A stretch of DNA of 63,427 bases, counting the filler, from Phoronis australis (taxonomy: Eukaryota; Animalia; Phoronida): NCBI GenBank assembly GCA_002633005.1. It is 4 parts of 4 records of this genome, joined end to end, with 100 filler letters (N's around TTAATTAATTAA, not from the genome) between each part and the next. Parts side by side here need not be neighbours in the genome. Positions count along the whole stretch, not along the records: positions 13,258 to 36,797 come from NMRA01001132.1; positions 36,898 to 53,712 come from NMRA01001036.1; 2 more parts are not named here. One strand, 5' to 3'. A model generated the notes under the pieces. That model worked only from the letters and a program-made list of their open reading frames with translations, ran no database searches and was not told the DNA's origin. Shown one piece after another: positions 32,994-45,546 of this stretch. Each line of letters begins with the position of its first letter. Within the stretch, counting starts at the first letter, position 1. The position numbers and the translations under genes are program-made.

Positions 32994-35850
32994 ATGGAGA
33001 GCTCAATGCTGCATTATGGGAAGACAGCCAGCAAGACACTCGTTCTACAGCCAGGCACTATTGCTACGGGAGGGATACCTTGGCCCCATCAAGAAGTGAC
33101 GTCTTCAGTGGACGTGTCAGTTGACAGGACAGACGAAGAGAGGAGTAAAGAGGTCACGTGGGACTTAACCAGCGACCAAGGTATTAGAAACGATATAAGT
33201 ACAGCATCAAAAATGTCCCTATTTGCATGCAGTCGCCTTGACATGAAAAAATTATTGACCAAGTGTGGTGGTGTTGAACTTTTCGGTTCCGTCTTAAAGC
33301 TGAGTAACATTCTGTTTACTGTTGCTCCGCACACTCACATGATATTCCCGACGTTGTCTTAATTTAGGTCCAAGCGCTTATATAAAAAAACGTTTTTCAA
33401 ACAAAAATTGCTCCGATGTTCGCACGTGCTTATAAGGCACTAATGGTCACAGGCGTCTATCCCCTGTTTATGCTCAGTTGTGCTTATATGTGTCTATTCT
33501 AAGTACTATTTATTTTAATAATAACGTTTATTAAAACAATGGTATCATCTACGGTTTTGAAACGGGTGGTTTTCATAAGTAGTTGACGAGTTGCACGGTA
33601 CTCGCACTAATTATTTGACAGATTGGGAATGTGTTTACTTCGATAAATGAGTTCAATCCGGGCGATTTTAACAATCGACAGTTATTTCATAGTGTTACTT
33701 TCTGTCGTCAGCCGCTTAAGAACAATTTAGATCAACTCCTTAATATTCATCTGAGATAAGCCTGCTCGTAAGAATTGTGTAAATGTCAGATCTTTTAATA
33801 AAACATCAAAACTAAAAATAATGAGGAAATGATTGAGTACATTAAGAGAAAAGCAAACTGAGTCGCTTAAGTTCGTCTCTCCCGAAATCCCGTGTGTAAA
33901 CTTAATAATCTGGCTCGTAATTGGAAGATAAAATGAGATATTGGTGTTGCAATGACCCGGTGGCAAGATTCCGACACCCAATGTGTGAACGACTATCTTT
34001 ATGTAAACACGTCTTCTAATAAATCCGTGGTAGTTGTAATAAAAATTGCATGTAATAATCCCTTGCTACTAAGCAATGTTCGATCCACTGAACCATCCAG
34101 TGCCATGCTAAACTTTATCCTGGGTTACGACGGCTGCGCCGGATTATCTTCCTGTCGTGGTCACTGCGTATTATCCAATCAGTGGATTTGCAACGCCCCT
34201 CGTTCTACTAAACCTCAAAAATGGTTGGATCTCGTCGTGTTAAACGTGAATATCTATTAATCCGTTCTTTACTGGGTACTTGTAAAAGTAAATCCACGCT
34301 CAAGTTCAGCTTTTTAGCACTGACATTTGGTGGATGACTTTTCTGTAAGTTCAACAGAATCCTGTATAGCGTTTTTTCCAAGAGTAATTGGAATCTAAAA
34401 ATAATTTTGAAAAGCTATAAAATTTGTGGTTGTATATTCTGTCCTCTTTTTTCTGCAATACAGTGCCCTCTTTGATGTTGAAGAAGCGCTCAATGAATCA
34501 TCCTATCAATTTGATGACAGCTATACTTATTAAGATTGTGGTAGTATCTGTACACTTGATAAGATCATTCCTCTCCATGTACAACGAGTGGTTACTGCGG
34601 TAACAACGCTCCGTATCCCAGGATATTGTAACCGGCGACAAAAGTGCGATTACAATATATCTGCGCCTTATCATCTGGTTATAATGAATACCACAAGTGA
34701 TCACACGAAGCTGCATTTCGTTTTAAAAATTATGTTATTGTGTATGCTTTTCTCAAAACACCGACCGTAATGTGATAATGTTCAGGACAGTTACAAATAA
34801 TTCTCTTAACATTATGCTGTTGAATTAGCTCCGCAGGTGTCCCATAACTCATCTCAAGTATAAACTTCCGAACTCTCGAGTAATCTATAGGTGCTTTTCC
34901 CTTTTCTCAAAAATTGCAGATGAATGGAAGTGTTTACTTAACAACATTGCTCGTGTCATATCCGTGGAAGCAAAAACCCTTTTGACAAACCGAAAATGTG
35001 TTGTGTTAGTCTCGGCTGTGCATACAGTGAGGGCCAATAAAAACGCGCCCCTTCCTAGATATTCACGTACAAGTTATTAAATGAATGGTGATGCTGGATG
35101 ACTGCATAGCCGGTTTTAATGACCCTTAAGTTTGTGGACGATTTATATGACAATCGCTAAAGCTAATTTGTATTGCTGTTGAAACAACGGGGAAAGTTGA
35201 TTAAGGTTATGTAAACGCGGTGATATGCATTATGCACTGGCTTTAGAATTTACGCACACTCAGTTAACCGGATAAGTTTGACGTGTAGGCCATTGGGGAA
35301 AACGAACGTCTGCATTTATCTCTTTCATTCGATTTCGCTAAATGTCTGTTGACTTCGACTTGTTTTGCTCGTTAGAAGACTCCGACCCTGATGGTGATGT
35401 CGAGGCGGGTCAAAGGTCATCAAATGAAACCCACGTACAGAAGCAGTCTCAACTTTCCGACACCCTCACCTGGTAACACCTTCACATCTAACTGGTGCAG
35501 TATCCTCTATCGCATATATACGTATTGAAGTATCAAGACTATTTTGTACAAGTTTGTAAAACGTGCTGTCATCGTGTCTTCTGCTATTCTTTTGCATATG
35601 ATGTCTTCAATAGAGGTTCATGGCTGTTTCAACATGTGATTAGGGTTTCCCTGAGGATCATCGCAATATCACTGTAGTACATTTTGTGTCGCAGCTCGAT
35701 ACAAAAGTCGCATTGTGCTCTTGCAGGTTGTCTGACAATTATGAGCGGGCTGAAGGGGTCTGTCTCCCGCGTTGTGTCTTGTACACACACTACTTGGATT
35801 ATTGTAAGAAGAAACAATTCACGCCGGCTGGTGCTGCCACCTTCGGAAAA
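32994..35850 (+). CDS. RFX6: RFX6-like winged-helix transcription factor, 5' exons (32994-33180, 35376-35472, 35727-35850); incomplete
   Basis: The spliced product gives TLT/W LSDNYERAEGVCLPRCVLYTHYLDYCKKKQFTPAGAATFGK. From memory this is closest to RFX6 (EGVCLPRCILYAHYLDFC...AATFGK). Phases 1, 2, 0 are consistent; the first exon is less certain. Confidence 0.75.
35727..35850 (+). CDS. RFX6: RFX DNA-binding-domain exon
   Basis: ttgcag acceptor, AAA|gtgagt donor, RFX DBD motif. Confidence 0.92.
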
Positions 35851-36797
35851 GTGAGTAGAAAGAGCATAAGATTTATATACTCGACAAAAACGTCACCAGT
35901 ATGCCGTTTTGGGGGTACTGGCTGGATACATTCCTTTGAAAATTATGGATAGGCCCACCTTGCAACATCTTAGATCAGCTAGCCCACATAACGCCGTGTC
36001 TAAGCAGTTGGGACTTGACGCCACTCGTACCCCCTCCCCTTGAATCCTCCCAAGTTACTGGTTACTTTACTTACCGACCGTATTAAGTTTAGACAAATAT
36101 AATTATCGAAACTGTTCTCCTACATGACGTCAGTAGTTACTGCACTTTAGTGCCCACATCACTTTTGTGCAAAACGCGTTGTGGTATTACTGTTGTGCTT
36201 GTAAGTCAGCGTAGCTTATCGACTATTCTGAAAGGTCTAGGTCAGGGTCAGGGTGTCGTAGTGCCACCGTTCGTAAACTCCCTGAGTTTGCAAGGGCAGA
36301 TCAAGAATCACCGTGGGGTTTCAGGAAGTAACGAGACACTTTGAAAACTGAGAACTGTATCCCGCGCCCACCTTGTGGAGAATTCATTTTTACGGAACAA
36401 ATATACTAGCTCCTCTTGCATTTTAGGCAATATTCAAATAGCTGGCGCTGACTTCAGTTGTGGTAATATTCCAGTATATTGCACAATAACTGGTCCACCC
36501 TTCAACAAGAGACCAACAGTCATGGTCACTCTCAGTAGTTACATTGACCATCGTTTATGATTGAGTATGGGCTCACAAGGCAGACCATGGTGTAGTTAGA
36601 CAGAAACGTTTGTTATGTCTTGGAAAGACGATACTGGGGTTGGAATTTGGCACCCTCTGTCAGTGGCTGCTATTTTCCCGGTCAGAGTTTTCATTTTTCT
36701 GCACCCACATGAATATATGTGGGCGCATTATGCCGTCATCCCCTTGCATCCATCCGTCTGGCGTCCGGAGTCGCCCCTCCGGCCTCCGCTACTCTAT

Positions 36798-36897
36798 NNN
36801 NNNNNNNNNNNNNNNNNNNNNNNNNNNNNNNNNNNNNNNNNTTAATTAATTAANNNNNNNNNNNNNNNNNNNNNNNNNNNNNNNNNNNNNNNNNNNN
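36798..36897. other. Artificial scaffold spacer
   Basis: N44-TTAATTAATTAA-N44. Confidence 0.95.
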
Positions 36898-37560
36898 AAG
36901 AGTTACGGCCGACAACATTTGCGTAAAATACGATCTGTATAATTATTCCCAGAAAAATGTAATTATTGGGCTACTACTTTATGTAGATCTTGAAAAGGCT
37001 TTCGATTCGTTCAGGTACTGGTGTTTTATTGAAGAAAAACAGTAAATGTTTTAATTTTGGAAGCCAATTAAGAGATGTAGGAATGTTTTTCTATAAATAT
37101 ATTGAATCAAGTGTTGTAATTAATGGCCAAACTTCTCAATTTTTTCTACTGAAGGTGACCCATTATCTCCCTGTATAGTTATTTCTTAAGCTGAAGCGTA
37201 GGCTGTTGTGATCAGAAACAGCAGAATTATACCTGGAATTAAAGCCAATGATCGTTCCTAGTAATCTAATATGTAGACGGCACTTTACTATTTTTGATTC
37301 TCTGTGATTTAGTATATATGTTCTAAGCATGCTTGAAGGTTTCTCTAGCCTCTCCGTATATGTCAAAAAACAAAAACTATTTGCTTTTGCCGGATGGATA
37401 ACAGCAACAGTAAAAGCTATCGTGGATTAAAGCAACTTTAATTTTCCTGGGAAGTAATTTCCAAGTCATGTTGTTCCATTTGGTATATCACAATTAGTTG
37501 GCAAGATTCAAAGACATTGAAATAATTATGATAAAAAGTTGGACCAGTACTAACTTTTAG
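36898..37560 (+). pseudogene. Decayed L1/Tx1-type LINE reverse-transcriptase fragment
   Basis: DNI...GLLLYVDLEKAFDS...KCFNFG...SSVVINGQTSQFF...GDPLSP, with stops, frameshifts and deletions. Confidence 0.8.
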
Positions 37561-39568
37561 AGACATCTTGCCTTGTCCATGTACGGTGGCGTCTTAGAAA
37601 AAGAACTTCCGGTTTTAAATGGCTAGATTAGTTTCATTAATTAAGTTTGAAAATTTTCCAGAATTTTGTCCAGTTCGATTGTTCAGGAGTTCCACCTCAA
37701 TGATTGTCTACAAAAGAAATTATTAAATACGTTTCTGAGAAAACAAATTGAGCACTGCGAACAAGTAAACCACTCAAAATGGTGAGTTTCTTTATTGCAT
37801 TTCCGCCATGTGAAGTGCTCCAAAGCGTGCTCGTATTTATTGACGAACCTTAACCGATACTCACCAAATACAACCAAAGTCAAGATCTGCCTTTCGAAAT
37901 TCAGCAAATTGCCCTTCAATCTCAGTTGCAAATTTTGTGAGAGTGCTTCCGCTTTTTATAGAATTTGTATACAATGGCGCTGTCATGCGCTGATTTTTAT
38001 TACATGGTGGTACCTGAAGGTAAGTGTTCAGTTTCGAAACTTACAGGGGCACATTGATATCGCTTTGCAGAGTTGAAAGGGAAGATTCAGGGTTCATAAA
38101 AGGGGGCATTGGGAATATTGCGACTGTGTGCAATCTGCCAGAGGGCTTGTTTTGCAAAGCAATCACTGGAATTTGAAGGAATACAGTGATATTTACATAT
38201 ATACACGTAAATTGCGTTACCGTGAAATTTAAATTGCTTGAGGTTTACCTACACTTACCAACATACCTATCTATTTAATAGTTGAATGCTTAGTCTTGTT
38301 TCACCAACATCTCTATACAGTGTAATATATTTACGATTTGGTAGCGAATTTGCCAGTTCACCAATTGAAATACTCAAAGTGAATTCAGGAAATTAGAATT
38401 CATACAGATCTCTTTCCAAATACCATGTATTTGTCAACGCTTTTTCAATAAGCATTTATTAATTTGACAGATGTAGTCAAAATTGGTGACTGCAACATCT
38501 TTGGCAGGTTTACCGGTAACAGAGAGAAGCTCTGTTGGAGGAACTTGAAGCAAATTGTACCTGAATGGTTCCATCACAAAATAACTCAGTGCCTTAGGTT
38601 ATTCGGCATTTTCCCACAACGCTGTGCACCAACAGGTCATTTGCTAATATTTTGTACGTTACATCATTTCAAAATTTGTTTATACCTGCACAGTGAAATG
38701 TAATAACGTCATCCCGAAATTCAACAAACTACAAGCGAAGACCAATGTAACGATGAATGTCGCACTTAGAAGTTTGTTAGCTGGCTAGCTTCGCAAAAAC
38801 TAGAAGTGCTGTATATTTAGCTTGACAACCTCTAGGAAATAGGAAAGATAAATTAAGAACGTAGATATTTAAATCAATTTACATGTAACGCGGTTAACAA
38901 CTTTTAGTCAATCAAGTGACATTCTTTGGTGTTGCATGAAAATAGGAGCTTCAGGAAGGGGTTGGAAGTGTAAAAGTCGTACTTTAAACTGAGAAGGAAA
39001 TAACCACATGAATTGTCACCAAGCCAACAATTATATTAATTTTGCTGCTTTGTATTCTAGCGCACTTTACGGTTGTCATTTACTTATACATAAATTAAAA
39101 AAACTAATCATAACCCCCATCTCATTCAAATGCACATTGTTAGATAATATAAATGTGAAAGAAAAAAATAAACTAATTATTGATTCTTCCATCTTTCGAA
39201 GCGCTCTTTGCTTTGCCCCTATGGGTAATCCGTTCACTGGTGTCACTCTTTATTGAATGCTGGTACCATGCATCGTGAGCTCTTTTCATAGTGGGCGTGA
39301 CTAATGTCATGTGGAAAGCCATTAATCTAGGAAATGTTGCTAAACACGACAAAGCTACCAGCATAACACTGTGTCAAAATACACAGGGAATTTTCTCCCC
39401 GCACTACCCACGGTATGGTCTCTGAATCCGATGAACACCACGGAAACATGATAACACTGATCTTGCATGGACAATAAAAGATGATGCGTGTAGTAAATGT
39501 GCGGTATTAAGGTCAATGAACAACTACAACGGATGATTGTCGACACTGTGTATGAGCGAAGCATAACA

Positions 39569-42500
39569 TAGTCGGTGGGCCAGATCTCATAGAGTTCATC
39601 CTTGATACATAGGCGGATTTAGGGGGGGGCCAGGGGGCCCGCCCCCCCCCCCTTGGCTGCCGCAAAAAAATAAAACAAGAGCGTAGGGAAATAAATGTTG
39701 AGTTTATTAATTAACCCCGGTAATTAAAAGTATACGGATGAGAAAAAGATTTAAATGTGTGCAGTTTTAGTGTTGGGGGGGGGGCTCAAATCCAATTTCA
39801 AGTGTCAAATTCGGAACACGTCGCATTCGTAACGGAACTATGGCTAAGTATAGGCTCTCCCGCGATATCCCAAGCGACCGGCAGTGGCGCTGCACACTAC
39901 GACTCAGTTTCCGTCGTCTGCTCCACTGTGCAATGAAGAAAATTTACTTCATTTTTTAAAGAAAATGGAACCTGAGTGACTATGAAAAAACAGAAGCTGC
40001 TGGTAAGATAGGAATTTAATAGAAGCTGCATGTCCTGGTATAGCCTACACAGTATACTGCTGAGTGCTGTAGACTAGAAGACCAAGTGTCAGACCAAAAA
40101 ATTGAAAGAACATAGAACGGCATAGCAACGTTTCAAGACACCAGCAGTAGTGCTAAAGCTGAAGTTGGTGAAAGTGATACAGATGTTATCCAAGATATCC
40201 CAAAATCAATTATACTTCCAATATCTGAAACACCCAATTAACCTGAACAAGTTAGGAACATTTTTAAACATGAGTGCATCATTTGATAGCAGGAAAAGTA
40301 TATTATGGGCCATATTTCAAGAAAGAGCAAGAAGTATAGCGTTCAAATACAGGCACGTGTTTTTGAAAGGTACATCCTGGTGTTTTCCAGGTGTGTTTAC
40401 AGTATTATCACCAGTTGTTTTTTTAACTTGTTCAGCCCCTTGGCTACCTAGGCCTTAAACAATACGGCTGACCCAGTAGAGACGGTGATCATACCATAGG
40501 TACTCCATATGCCGGATGCTTTTCGGCAAATTATGTTTTTTTAAGTTTAGAAGTACCGCGTAGAGAGATGCCTCTGAGGAGGTCGTTAATGTTTTCATTT
40601 GTTCCCAGTTTAAACAAATACTCCTGCAATCCTATTTTCGCACACTCCATTGTTCAGTTGCCACACCGACACTGCTTGCGCTAAGGGATAATCCTATGGC
40701 GTTATACTGTGGGTGTGATTTTATAGCACTTTAAGTCAAAAATTTTTGAGAAGGTTAAATGGAGTGGATGGTTGCAAACAACATGCCCAAGTGGTCGTCA
40801 TCCCCTGCCGTAGTCCTGGGATAGGGGAACCTCTTCTCAATTTTTTGTAAACATTAATTACTTAGGTAGCTGCAATGATAATTAAATTAAAGTGCCTAAG
40901 TGGCCATCGTCGTCGTCGTCGTCGTCGTCGTAATTTGAAGACGATGGAAGCCACTGTCCATTTCGTCAAACGTCGATTACTTTCAGTGTGAATCAATTGA
41001 CTATGGTTTGAGCATCTGATTAAAAAAATTCAATCACTGCAGTGGTATGTCAGCTGATTTATTTTCAGTTGCATCAAGTAATCTAATTATTAGATGATCT
41101 ACATTTTTAGGCGACAGATCAGACGGCATGTAAATTTGTTGGGCTGGTGGTGGATCAGTTCCCGTATAAGTCCGTCTGAAAAAGTTGCATGCCAACTCAC
41201 TCATAGTTGAATGTTAAATTAGTGTTAACAGTTCGGGTTTTTTTCAGTTGGACTTGTATTGCAAGCAACAGCTCAGTCCAGAGCTCTGAATATTCAAATG
41301 AAATTCAAAGATAAAGACCTTGTGTCTTAGAAGCCAAGTACCACAGATCATCATGCTATAAAAAATAGAAAGACAAAGACTGTGAAGAGTGACGAATCCA
41401 AAGTTTTCAGAGATGTTTTTCCAAAGTTTTGTTTGGAGTTCATTGAATCAAAGCTTCTAGAACATGGAGATGTCATTTGCCTTTCAAACCTAAAGCAAGA
41501 CTTTGAAGCTGTTCTTCAGAAAGCTGGTGTGCATGAAGTTATTTGGGCAGGCAATCTCAAGAAATATTGTTGAAGCTACTCACTGTTGTAGTTTGTGCCC
41601 GACTAAGAGATACGAAATTGAATTGAGGCTAGTGTTCAATAATTCACTTGCTGACTCTAATTAACACAGCCCATTATAACATATTTTGAATCAAACGTTT
41701 GCCCAAATCCTGTCCGCCTCCAAACAAGGACTTGCTTGACCCTTCATTGCCTGCGGGCCAATCACCAGTGTGCAGTGTGTACCCTCTCTAATCGACCATA
41801 GTTGACTCCTTGGCGGTGGAGCTTTGCAGTTAAAACGTATGACAATGCCTGCATCTCCATTGACAGTACCAAACGATGAACGCTGCAAGTGCAAAAAGAA
41901 CATATGTGCTGTGAAACTGAGTTTGTGCTGCAATGCTGGGTCAAACTGTACAGAAATGTGGAGCTGTGACAACTGTAGTAACATCAGCAACACTGACTGC
42001 ATAACATTGGATAGTTCTTTGATAAGTCAACACTAAATAGACCTCCAACCTCGTTATTTCGTTTTTTTGTATTTAAAAGTTAATTTAATTTGTTGATTAA
42101 GTCATAGAAAGTACATACTTTGATCGTTGTCATGTATTTGGCTCATACTGCTTGATAAACGCTGTCAGAATAATCTATTATTTTCATACAGTCTGTGTGC
42201 ACTTTCAAAGATCATTCCATTATATTGTTTTTGTACTATAACGAATTTCTGGTGTATTACGCAAGCAAGCTGTAGTTTACACCATTAGTCAATGTTTTAG
42301 TCATTGAGGCACAAATTTTGCCCAGTCTCAAGTGTTTTGTGTTATTTTTGTTGCCAGACAATGCCAGAATAACGTCCTAGTAACATCCAGTTTGCATTTT
42401 TGCCACTAGGTGTCTCGTTACATTTTTTTAAATTTCACTGTTTACAATTAATCTACAATAGTAAAACATGTAATGTGATTGTAATATTGTTCAATACAAT

Positions 42501-42767
42501 GGCACTGATGGGACCATATTACATGTTTTACAAAAAAGTCACCAAAACTGTTGTTTTTACAAATATAAGTTTACTAAGCTCTTTGGTGATTATTAGGTAA
42601 CTTCGAACTCAAATTTCTCAAACATGTGCAACTTTATATGTGGGAACTTTTTAGATTTTGAAAACACTCTAATAAATGAATTAAAAAACACCAAAATAAA
42701 ATTGCCCTCCTAAAGTTCTCACAAAAACCATTTTCTAGAGTCCCTACAAATTCTGGCCCACCGACTA
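39569..42767 (+). mobile_element. Internally deleted Academ (AcademX-like) DNA transposon
   Basis: Perfect 16-bp TIRs TAGTCGGTGGGCCAGA / TCTGGCCCACCGACTA (TAG...CTA ends) and 3-bp TSD ACA. Remnants include DLVS-LEAKYHRSSCY (~41315-41360) and a C-terminal Cys-rich finger RCKCKKNICAVKLSLCCNAGSNCTEMWSCDNCSN (41880-41990). Confidence 0.82.
40907..40930 (+). repeat. (CGT)n microsatellite
   Basis: Read directly from the sequence. Confidence 0.9.
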
Positions 42768-43878
42768 ACAGGGTCACTTACGTATTGTGGCCTGTTTCGT
42801 AGATTTCAGTCTCGCCATTCCAATTGCGAAGTCAATGCATATAGTGGTTCGCAACTACACTGCACAGGTGTTTTTCCTTAATTAATAAGCAATTCTTTGT
42901 CGTACACGTGCAGTGGCGGCAGATTTAGAGGGGGGAGGGGCAAGGGGGTCATGCCCCCTAAAAATTTCCCAGATTTCATTTTGCAGTTCGGGGGTGCGTC
43001 GGGCCGACCGCAGTACGACGCCCGGGGCCGACCGTAGGGGATACCGAGCACGACGTCGGTCCAACGTCGTGTCGCGGTCGGAAACGTAAGCCTATGTCGT
43101 ATTCGTCGGCTTAAGGTCGGGATGTCGCGGTCGGGTTTGTGACGTTGAGCCGACGTTGGTCCGCCGTCTTCCAAGAACACTCATGAAAATCGCCTTTGAG
43201 TGCCATTGAAAGCAAATTCCCGCTCGCTATCTTATTTTTTGGAGTCACAGTGTATGAGTCGGCGTATTTTTCCTTCTTTAAAATACTATTCAAGGCTTGA
43301 CGTCGGACCACCGTTGGCTCAGCGACGGCAAGTTTCGGCGTCGGGCCGACCGCTGTACGACGCCCGGCCGGGGCGCATCCATAGGCCCGTAGGGACCTAT
43401 AGTGATGGCCGAGCACGACGTCGGTCCAACGTCGTGTCGCTGTCGAAGCTTAGACCTACTGACGGAATCATAAGTCAGAATAATAAACGGCCGGCGAGCC
43501 AGAGAGTCCCGGCGCGGATTCTCGCACGGCCGGGACTCATTGAGCTCAGCGCAGCCTCAGTGGGAGGGGCCCCGGCAACCGTGGCGGACCCGCGCCCCGG
43601 GAAACCTACGGCATAGGAGTTCATTGTTTTTTGAGCTCTTAAGTCGTTCTCTTATCAAACAAGGGTTTTGTATTGGTTAAACCCTCTCTAATATAAAAAT
43701 ACTTTAACCTCAGTGTCGTGCCTATTGTTACCGACCCGGAGTTACTAAGTTCAGCCGCCCGCATCAGTGCAAGTCTTCTTCAACAGATGTCGCTCACGAA
43801 ACCGGGAAAGGAACCGAGTTTAAGTTCAAACGGTTTAACCGTTCAAAAGATGTTCATATTTCAGTGTCAAGTTTTCAT

Positions 43879-44050
43879 ATAATTATGGGCACTTGTCGGA
43901 TGCAGCGGTCCATCATTTTGAGAACCAAGCAATCACTAAATATCAAGGCGCGTTATTCATTGGATGAAACTGTTTCTCAAAATCAGGGAGTGATAAATAT
44001 TACATGAGTGACTCATGACATGAGTACATCCGTTAAGTGCCCATAATTAT
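43879..44050. mobile_element. 172-bp MITE-like hairpin element
   Basis: Perfect 16-bp IR ATAATTATGGGCACTT / AAGTGCCCATAATTAT, extending imperfectly inward. Confidence 0.55.
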
Positions 44051-45546
44051 GTCCGCGTGTGAGGTAAGTTGAATTATTTTTAACCTTGTAACTGTTTCTT
44101 GTGCTAAATTATCAGCTGATTGAATGATTTCAAAGTTAGAATTAACTTTTGTCCTGATGAGTGATGACCTGATGGTCACTCAGACTAACAGTGAGTTAAG
44201 ACCATGCCCATCGGCATCGCCAGGCAGGTCAAATCATTTCAATGCATTGGTCAAAAGTAGTACAATATTCAATAGATTATGTAGTGACAATTAATGGATA
44301 TTGGTCATATACACGCGTAGATAGAAATAATGATACAGTTTTATTGTTTTTAATAGTAATAGTAATGGAATCTATTGGTTGTTTACTGAGATTTGGCCAT
44401 TTGTTTTTAGGGCCTTAGGCTTATTTGGCATAGTTAGAAATGAGTCATTTCCTCATGCACTTGGCTAGTTGGAAATTAAGTGACAGCTGTTATGTAACAA
44501 TTTGAATCACAAGGAAGATTTGTTTTTGTTTATCAGAAAGTCAGTGGCTTCTTCTTGCACTTTCCGTGAAATGTTTTGGACATGATTTTGTGCACTGAAA
44601 TTGTCCCACATGTTTCCTGTTCAGTATAAATACTGTTGTTAGATCCTCTATAGAATTCATATTTCGTGAAGAGACCGACTGATTGTTTGCTTTCCAGAAT
44701 TCACTGACACCAGGTTGGTAAGAGGCTATTTTGTTTCCCTATTATGTTAACTATTTTTTCTAGAAAGTGGATTTTGATTAGATCTTTGGATTTTGATAAG
44801 TTCACAGTGATTGTTTTTTTCTCTCATATTTCTTGTAACTGTAATCAACTGCTATGTTAAAATTAAGTAAGATCTTACATGCTCTCAGAGTTACATCTAC
44901 AAATCTATCTATTTTAACGTAATAAAAGTGTATATTTTCTGAATATAGAAAGCCCTTAGAATTTGATGTCGGAATTTTTACCAATCTGTCAATTGGTTCA
45001 CATGACTATTCCTTTTTAGTGAAATTGAAAAATAAGTATAGGTACATTGAATGATAGCAAAGCAATCTTATCAATAACATTATCAAATTTTAACTGATAT
45101 GATTGTGTAAGGTGAGATATGAAAAATGCTATTGAAAATATCCATTTTTTCTGATCAGCCATTTCTGAGATTTGGTGTTCCAATGTCAACCAAATTTGGT
45201 CATTTTTATAGGGTCCTAAATAATGTTAAATGTCTATCTTCCATACAAGCAGTATTTTTTGTTTTCAAATTATTGTGTAACTAGAAATTAAGTTATTTGT
45301 ATTAGAATTACATTATCTAGTAATATTATTTCAGATTTATCCTTATTATATTGTTATGTCCACAGTATTGTAGACTAGCAATAGTAGATTTCATTGAATA
45401 TTTAATTTTAAGCCAAATTTTATTTCTAAAAAAAATCACAAAGCTAGACAAACATGTTCATTTTTTCAAACGTAATGTCAATTTGTTACCTCTGCTGGAG
45501 CCGTACAAGCTCTGACGATTATTATTCTCAGGCCAAGGAAAAAGTC

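Noticed and set aside
32827-33334. Minus-strand ORFs as a separate gene
   Set aside because: No recognisable domain; they overlap the plus-strand exon whose phase fits the RFX6 model.
42878-43616. Arg/Pro-rich ORFs
   Set aside because: Stop-poor translations of GC-rich subterminal repeats.
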